From Eledone cirrhosa (lineage: Eukaryota), in the NCBI GenBank assembly GCA_964016885.1, contig OZ024741.1:50964001-51028000 (forward strand): DNA of 64,000 nucleotides, given 5' to 3'. The translations under genes and the position numbers were made by a program. The notes beneath the pieces are model-generated. The model saw only the letters and a program-made list of their open reading frames with translations, ran no database searches and was not told the origin of the DNA. Every line of letters starts with the position of its first letter. The stretch's first letter is position 1. Positions 59,062-64,000 of this stretch are shown here, in pieces.

Positions 59062-59622
59062 ATATTGTTATACTTTGGGAGGGTCATGTTGCCAATAAGA
59101 AACACACGCACCAGTTGCTTTCACTTCAATTTATTATATATTTATAAATTTATAAATTTACAAATCTACAAACTCATAAATTATAAATTTCTGGTTGGTT
59201 GGTTGGTTCCACAACCAGATAGTTGTTTATATATATAGTCATAGTCCTTTTGTCACACACTCTGTGACCTCTTCAGTGACTGGGGATTCCTTTCTTCGTT
59301 TCTGTGCCTTTTCTTTCTTCTATCCTACGCCATTTTGTTTCTGTGTCACAGAAACAAAATGGCGTAGGATAGAAGAAAGAAAAGGCACAGAAACGAAGAA
59401 AGGAATCCCCAGTCACTGAAGAGGTCACAGAGTGTGTGACAAAAGGACTATGACTATATATATAAACAACTATCTGGTTGTGGAACCAACCAACCAACCA
59501 GAAATTTATAATTTATGAGTTTGTAGATTTGTAAATTTATAAATTTATAAATATATAATAAATTGAAGTGAAAGCAACTGGTGCGTGTGTTTCTTATTGG
59601 CAACATGACCCTCCCAAAGTAT

Positions 59623-59630
<8 letters not shown>
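59062..59630. repeat. 569-bp apparently perfect palindrome (family C), centre at 59346
   Basis: ...GTTTCTGTG-T-CACAGAAAC...; the ORF track gives mirror ORFs 59195-59419(+) / 59273-59497(-) that differ by one residue. Confidence 0.95.
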
Positions 59631-59670
<40 letters not shown>

Positions 59671-60071
59671 GTATATATATGTATATATATATATAAATAT
59701 ATATATACATACATACAGATAAACAGATGCTAATGTGTTTGAGTGGAATGTATGCCTGTAAGTATGCATTTATGTATAATATACATATATATATATATAT
59801 ATATAAACGGAAAAAATGAAACGAAATTTCATTTCTCACTCTTAGTACGGCTGTTACTTAAATATAAGTATGTACACGTACATACATATATGTATACAGA
59901 CGTACAGTAGTATGTATATATATATACATACATGCACACATATATATATGTACGTATGGATTCACCGAACATTTATTATAATGCTCGGTGTGTTTGTAAA
60001 CAAACATCCCGAATTAAGCCGTACAGTGTCTAGCAACTATCGTTGCTCGTTTGTTCAACACTGACAAAGAA

Positions 60072-60114
60072 ACGCTGTACTAGTTTCAAGCTTATTAGCT
60101 ATCGTCAACAACGT
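60072..60114 (-). ncRNA. Family E hammerhead, C3U core variant (TTGACGA)
   Basis: Identical to 60499-60541 except for the first core base. Confidence 0.7.
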
Positions 60115-60498
60115 ATACCTTCCTGCCAGATGGTTGAACGTCTGAAAATATAAACTTTCCTTATTCATATTAACGGCTGAGCAGCCTAATTTGCATATCG
60201 AGTGAGTTAATCGGCCGGGGTACCGAAAACGATAAACGGAAAAAATGAAACGAAATTTCATTTCTCAGTCTTAGTACGGCTGTTACTTAAATATAATTAT
60301 GTATACGTACATACATATATGTATACAGACGTACAGTAGTATGTATATATATATACATACATGCACACATATATATATGTACGTATGGATTCACCGAACA
60401 TTTATTATAATGCTCGGTGTGTTTGTAAACAAACATCTCGTATTAAGCCGTAGTGTCTAGCAACCATCGTTGCTCATTTGTTCAAAACTGACAAAGGA

Positions 60499-60541
60499 AC
60501 GCTGTACTAGTTTCAAGCTTATTAGCTATCGTCAGCAACGT
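60499..60541 (-). ncRNA. Minimal type-I hammerhead ribozyme (family E)
   Basis: ACGTTG-CTGACGA-tAGCT aata AGCTt-GAAA-CTAG-TA-CAGCGT; palindromic stem III ACTAGT. Confidence 0.82.
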
Positions 60542-60624
60542 ATACCCTCCTGCCAGATGGTTGAACGTCTGAAAGTATAAACTTTCCTTATGCATATTAA
60601 CGGCTGAGGAGCCTAATTTGCATA

Positions 60625-60731
60625 AGAGCTCAAGCCGCTTCGACGGCTATTTCTGGACAGAAATAGCCGTCGAAATAGCCAGAAATAGCCGTCGAAACGG
60701 CTTGAGCTCTGCCGTTGGGGTCATACTTGTT

Positions 60732-60735
<4 letters not shown>
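60625..60735 (+). mobile_element. Family D fold-back fragment with a half hammerhead
   Basis: GAGCTCAAGCCGCTTCGACGGCTATTTCTG/CAGAAATAGCCGTCGAAA hairpin, an internal duplication, then GAAACGGC-ttgagctct-GCCGTT-GGGGTC. Confidence 0.55.
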
Positions 60736-60775
<40 letters not shown>

Positions 60776-60934
60776 CTTAAGAAAATTAAGAAGGACAAGA
60801 CAACAAACTGAAACATAAAACAAAACTAAAAACTATTTTTTAATGGGAAACCTTAAAAGATGTATTAAAAAAATAAATATACAAACGAAGGAGACAGAAC
60901 TCCATGGTCAACGGCCGTTGGGATATGTATTAGC

Positions 60935-61082
60935 TTGACTGTGTGGTTGAGAAGTTCTATTCTCAACCACGTGGTTCTGGATTCAGTCTGTATGCATGGC
61001 TTCTTGGGCATGAGCCTTCTGCTATAACCTCGGATTCACCAGTTCCTTGTGACGGGAATTTATTTGATGGAAACCGCGTCAA
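60935..61082 (+). mobile_element. Diverged tRNA-derived SINE ending in (TATG)n
   Basis: tRNA-like head CTGTGTGGTTGAGAAG...GGATTCAGTC (degenerate A/B boxes), CTTGGGCA core, microsatellite tail; recognised from recall of octopus SINEs. Confidence 0.5.
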
Positions 61083-61083
61083 A

Positions 61084-61149
61084 TGTATGTATGTATGTAT
61101 GTATGTGTGTATGTATGTATGTATGTATGTATGTGTATGTATGTATGTA

Positions 61150-61182
<33 letters not shown>

Positions 61183-61241
61183 ATATGTGTATGTATGTAT
61201 GTATGTGTGTGTATGTATGTATGTATGTATGTATGTATGTA

Positions 61242-61292
<51 letters not shown>

Positions 61293-61375
61293 GTGTGTAT
61301 GTATGTATGTATCTATGTACGCACGCATGTATGTATGTGTGTATGGTGTGTATGTAATGTATGTATGCCTATGTA
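61084..61375. repeat. (TATG)/(TG) compound microsatellite
   Basis: Direct inspection. Confidence 0.95.
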
Positions 61376-61384
61376 TGTCTATAA

Positions 61385-61627
61385 GTATGTCTCTCTTTCT
61401 CTTAATTTCGAGTATATGTTTTGACCGACCACCTTCCTGGTGGCAAGGTTGTAAAAGAAAAGAAATTGTCATCCCTTGAATCGCAAGAATGTTTTGCAAA
61501 CTTTGAAGGTGCCAGCTATCGCAGCCATTTGTAGACAATGAATTAGGCAGCTGCGCTCTTTGTCCGCAAATCCAAGTTCAGTTATACATTGGTCCAAGCG
61601 GGTTGGTATATAACCCGTAGCTCCAAT
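61385..61627 (-). mobile_element. 3' end of a second RLE-type (R4-like) LINE family
   Basis: IIGATGYIPTRLDQCITELGF...LQMAAIAGTFKVCKTFLRF parallels IVGALGYV...LQVQSINGTVKICKTF of the other copies. Confidence 0.7.
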
Positions 61628-61803
61628 AATTGTTTCTACTTTTTGGCACAAGGCCAGCAATTATCCAGTGTATTACTGGTACTTTATTTTATCGACCCCG
61701 TAAGGATGAAAGGCAAAGTCAACCTCGGCGGGATTTGAACTCAGATCGTAAAGGGACGTAACTATGCTGGAAAGCATGGTTTCCGACCCTCTCCAATAAT
61801 GAT
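61628..61803 (-). mobile_element. tRNA-derived SINE (same family as 57461-57585)
   Basis: B box GAGTTCAAATCCC, the same core, and the same 3' end AATTGTTTCTACTTTT on the + strand. Confidence 0.75.
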
Positions 61804-61889
61804 GGGTATGAAGCTAAAGGTGTATGTATGTATGTATGTATGTATGTATGTATGTATCTGATAACATGTATCCCAGTACAACCTGACTC

Positions 61890-62437
61890 ATGGTCGGGTC
61901 GTTGGCGACTAAACTGGCAACCCCACCAAAGTTTCTTGGTGAGGAGGGTGACTTTGGACATCCTGCAGGAATAAAAACAAAACCTGTCAAAGGGCAAAGG
62001 AGCTCTTAAGAGTCAATGGCCATCCAAAATCACCGGGAGAGATGACCCCTTAGCCTTTGTCAAGGTAGAATTCTAGGAGAAGGAAAACTCTGATGTAACA
62101 CCTGCAACTCTGATGGTATCCAATGATGTTGACTTGTTCTTCTTTTTGGTAAATATCATCTTGATTAAGAGAGTGGGACTGGCTTTGTGCAGTGCCTTTG
62201 CTCACTATAAAAGCTTCACGGCACAGGTATTGCTTTATATCTGGAGATCTCTCTGCACTTGTCGTCACATGGGCCCAGCACTGTGTGTCAATAATTGTCA
62301 CAAGTGCAGTGTTTGTACCAGAGTTTTCAAGTCGCTGGCTGGACTAAGAAGTCACACTCGTTCAGCGCATCGGTAGGGGTTCTCCTACATGGATATAAAG
62401 TAGTGGCCATACTCGAAAACGAGTTGGCAGCCACCAT
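61890..62437 (+). mobile_element. Non-autonomous RTE-like element, copy 3
   Basis: Near-identical to 46549-47104; CSVCTRVFKSLAGLRSHTRSAHR*; (GTAT)n tail. Confidence 0.72.
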
Positions 62438-62466
62438 GTATGTATGTATGTATGTATGTATGTATG

Positions 62467-62497
<31 letters not shown>

Positions 62498-62744
62498 CTA
62501 TGTAAGCATGCCTTTATGTATGTATGAACGCATGTATGTATGGAAGTATGTAAGTATGTATGTAAGTATGTATGTATTTATGTATGCATGTATGTATGTA
62601 TGTATGTATGTATGTATGTATGCATGTATGTATGTATGTATGTATGTATGCATGTCTGTATGTATGCAAGTATGATTGTATGTGTGTTTGTATGTACGCA
62701 TGTATGTATGTATGTTTATGTTTGTGCTAGTGGTAATGTCGCGT

Positions 62745-62872
62745 AACCTAGCAGTTACACAAAAAAGAGATATAACTACCAGGGTTTATATGATGGAATA
62801 AAGCAAGGCTGTACCCCAGAATGGCCGCCTTCCAATGACTGAAACCCATAAAATAGTAAAAGAATAAAATTA
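62745..62872 (+). mobile_element. SINE 3'-end fragment
   Basis: CCCCAGAATGGCCGC...AATGACTGAAAC followed by an A-rich tail; recognised from recall only. Confidence 0.4.
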
Positions 62873-62888
62873 TAACAGAATGCTTTTT

Positions 62889-62993
<105 letters not shown>

Positions 62994-63105
62994 CGAGGGG
63001 GTGCTAAAAATTCCTGGCTTTGGGGAAAAGAAAATATAGGAGGGTCAGTGATTTTATTCAACATGTTCCTATCTCAGAATCACACACTGCATAGTGGAGG
63101 GGCCG
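62994..63105 (+). mobile_element. Mariner-like terminal fragment (one TIR)
   Basis: CGAGGGGGTGCTAAAAATTCCTGGCTT...GATTTTATTCAACAT resembles mariner TIR/subterminal sequence; no partner TIR or transposase seen. Confidence 0.5.
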
Positions 63106-63333
63106 TCTCGAAACTGGCCCCACATCAGGTGCCATGACATACAGACACAAACACACAGACAGATAGACACACACACACACACTATATATATATATATATA
63201 AATATATATATATATGTATATATACATACACACAATCACACACATATGTATATATATATATACACACACATACATATATATATACACACATATATACATA
63301 CACACACCCATATCTCTCTCTCTATATATATAT

Positions 63334-63374
<41 letters not shown>

Positions 63375-63390
63375 TACATACACACACCCA

Positions 63391-63481
<91 letters not shown>

Positions 63482-63770
63482 GTGTCTGTGTGTGTAGAAG
63501 TAATAACAAAATTAACAAATCAAACGGCTAGTACATGGAAGAAATATATTTACCTGATGAGGGGCAGTTTTAAAACTGCTTCTCCAATATTCAGTGGTGG
63601 CCATAATTGCAAACCCTAAGGTCGCGCATACATGTTAAGTGTATGAAGTTTAAATATATATATTATATATGTGTGTGTGTGTGTGTGTGTGTGAGCGTGT
63701 GTGTGTGTGTGAGTGTGTGTGTGTTGTGTGTGCATATATAAATATATACACATATATATATATATATATA

Positions 63771-63936
63771 TGAATGTGTTGGACCCCGACGGCAGAGCTC
63801 AATTTCTGGACCAGAAATAGCCGTCGAAACGACTTGAGCCCTGCTGTCGGGGTCAAACACTTTCCTATTACCCACTCTACTACCCTAAGTATTGAGTACT
63901 CTGGTGCGTTATGGTCCATCTGGTTCCTTACCTTCG

Positions 63937-63938
<2 letters not shown>
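63771..63938 (+). mobile_element. Family D fold-back element with a half hammerhead, TA-flanked
   Basis: GTGTTGGACCCCGACGGCAGAGCTCAA...TTGAGCCCTGCTGTCGGGGTCAAACAC inverted arms; 3' part is the reverse complement homologue of 57850-57930. Confidence 0.6.

Positions 63939-64000
<62 letters not shown>

Larger units (their letters stand above)
59804..60624 (-). mobile_element. ~428-bp head-to-tail tandem unit (1.9 copies), one hammerhead per unit (family E); retrozyme-like or Penelope pLTR tandem
   Basis: TAAACGGAAAAAATGAAACGAAATTTC at 59804 and 60233; copies are highly similar through to 60624. Confidence 0.75.

Noticed and set aside
59036-59072. CTGAAAT...GAAAC...GTTA as another hammerhead
   Set aside because: Core lacks G8-A9 in both copies and there is no convincing stem II
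59195-59497. Mirror ORFs on both strands
   Set aside because: A consequence of the palindrome; no protein features
60604-60623. Plus-strand CTGAGGA and octamer ATTTGCAT in the tandem unit
   Set aside because: No closing stem I or properly placed GAAA; a single octamer is not enough to call a promoter

Overview
Eukaryotic, gene-free repeat DNA. It is most likely a cephalopod/octopus-type genome, inferred from the microsatellite density and SINE types. Bases 1-~45,410 are one uninterrupted G/T-rich satellite array of ~660 monomers (66/70 bp) with nested multi-kb higher-order duplications; its ORFs are artefacts. The remaining ~18.6 kb is (TA)n/(TATG)n/(TG)n microsatellite packed with retroelement remains: R4/Dong-like RLE-LINE fragments, RTE-clade 3' ends and non-autonomous RTE-like elements, tRNA-derived SINEs, a mariner end, and a near full-length but frameshifted Penelope-like element (RT + GIY-YIG) with inverted and direct pseudo-LTRs. 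The main observation from reading both strands is a cluster of minimal type-I hammerhead ribozyme motifs from about five sequence families (six with an intact or near-intact core, several degenerate or half copies). They sit in fold-back/palindromic or tandem non-coding units embedded in TA repeats, including a ~428-bp tandem unit with one hammerhead per monomer (retrozyme-like) and an apparently perfect 569-bp palindrome. All alignments and folds were done by eye.
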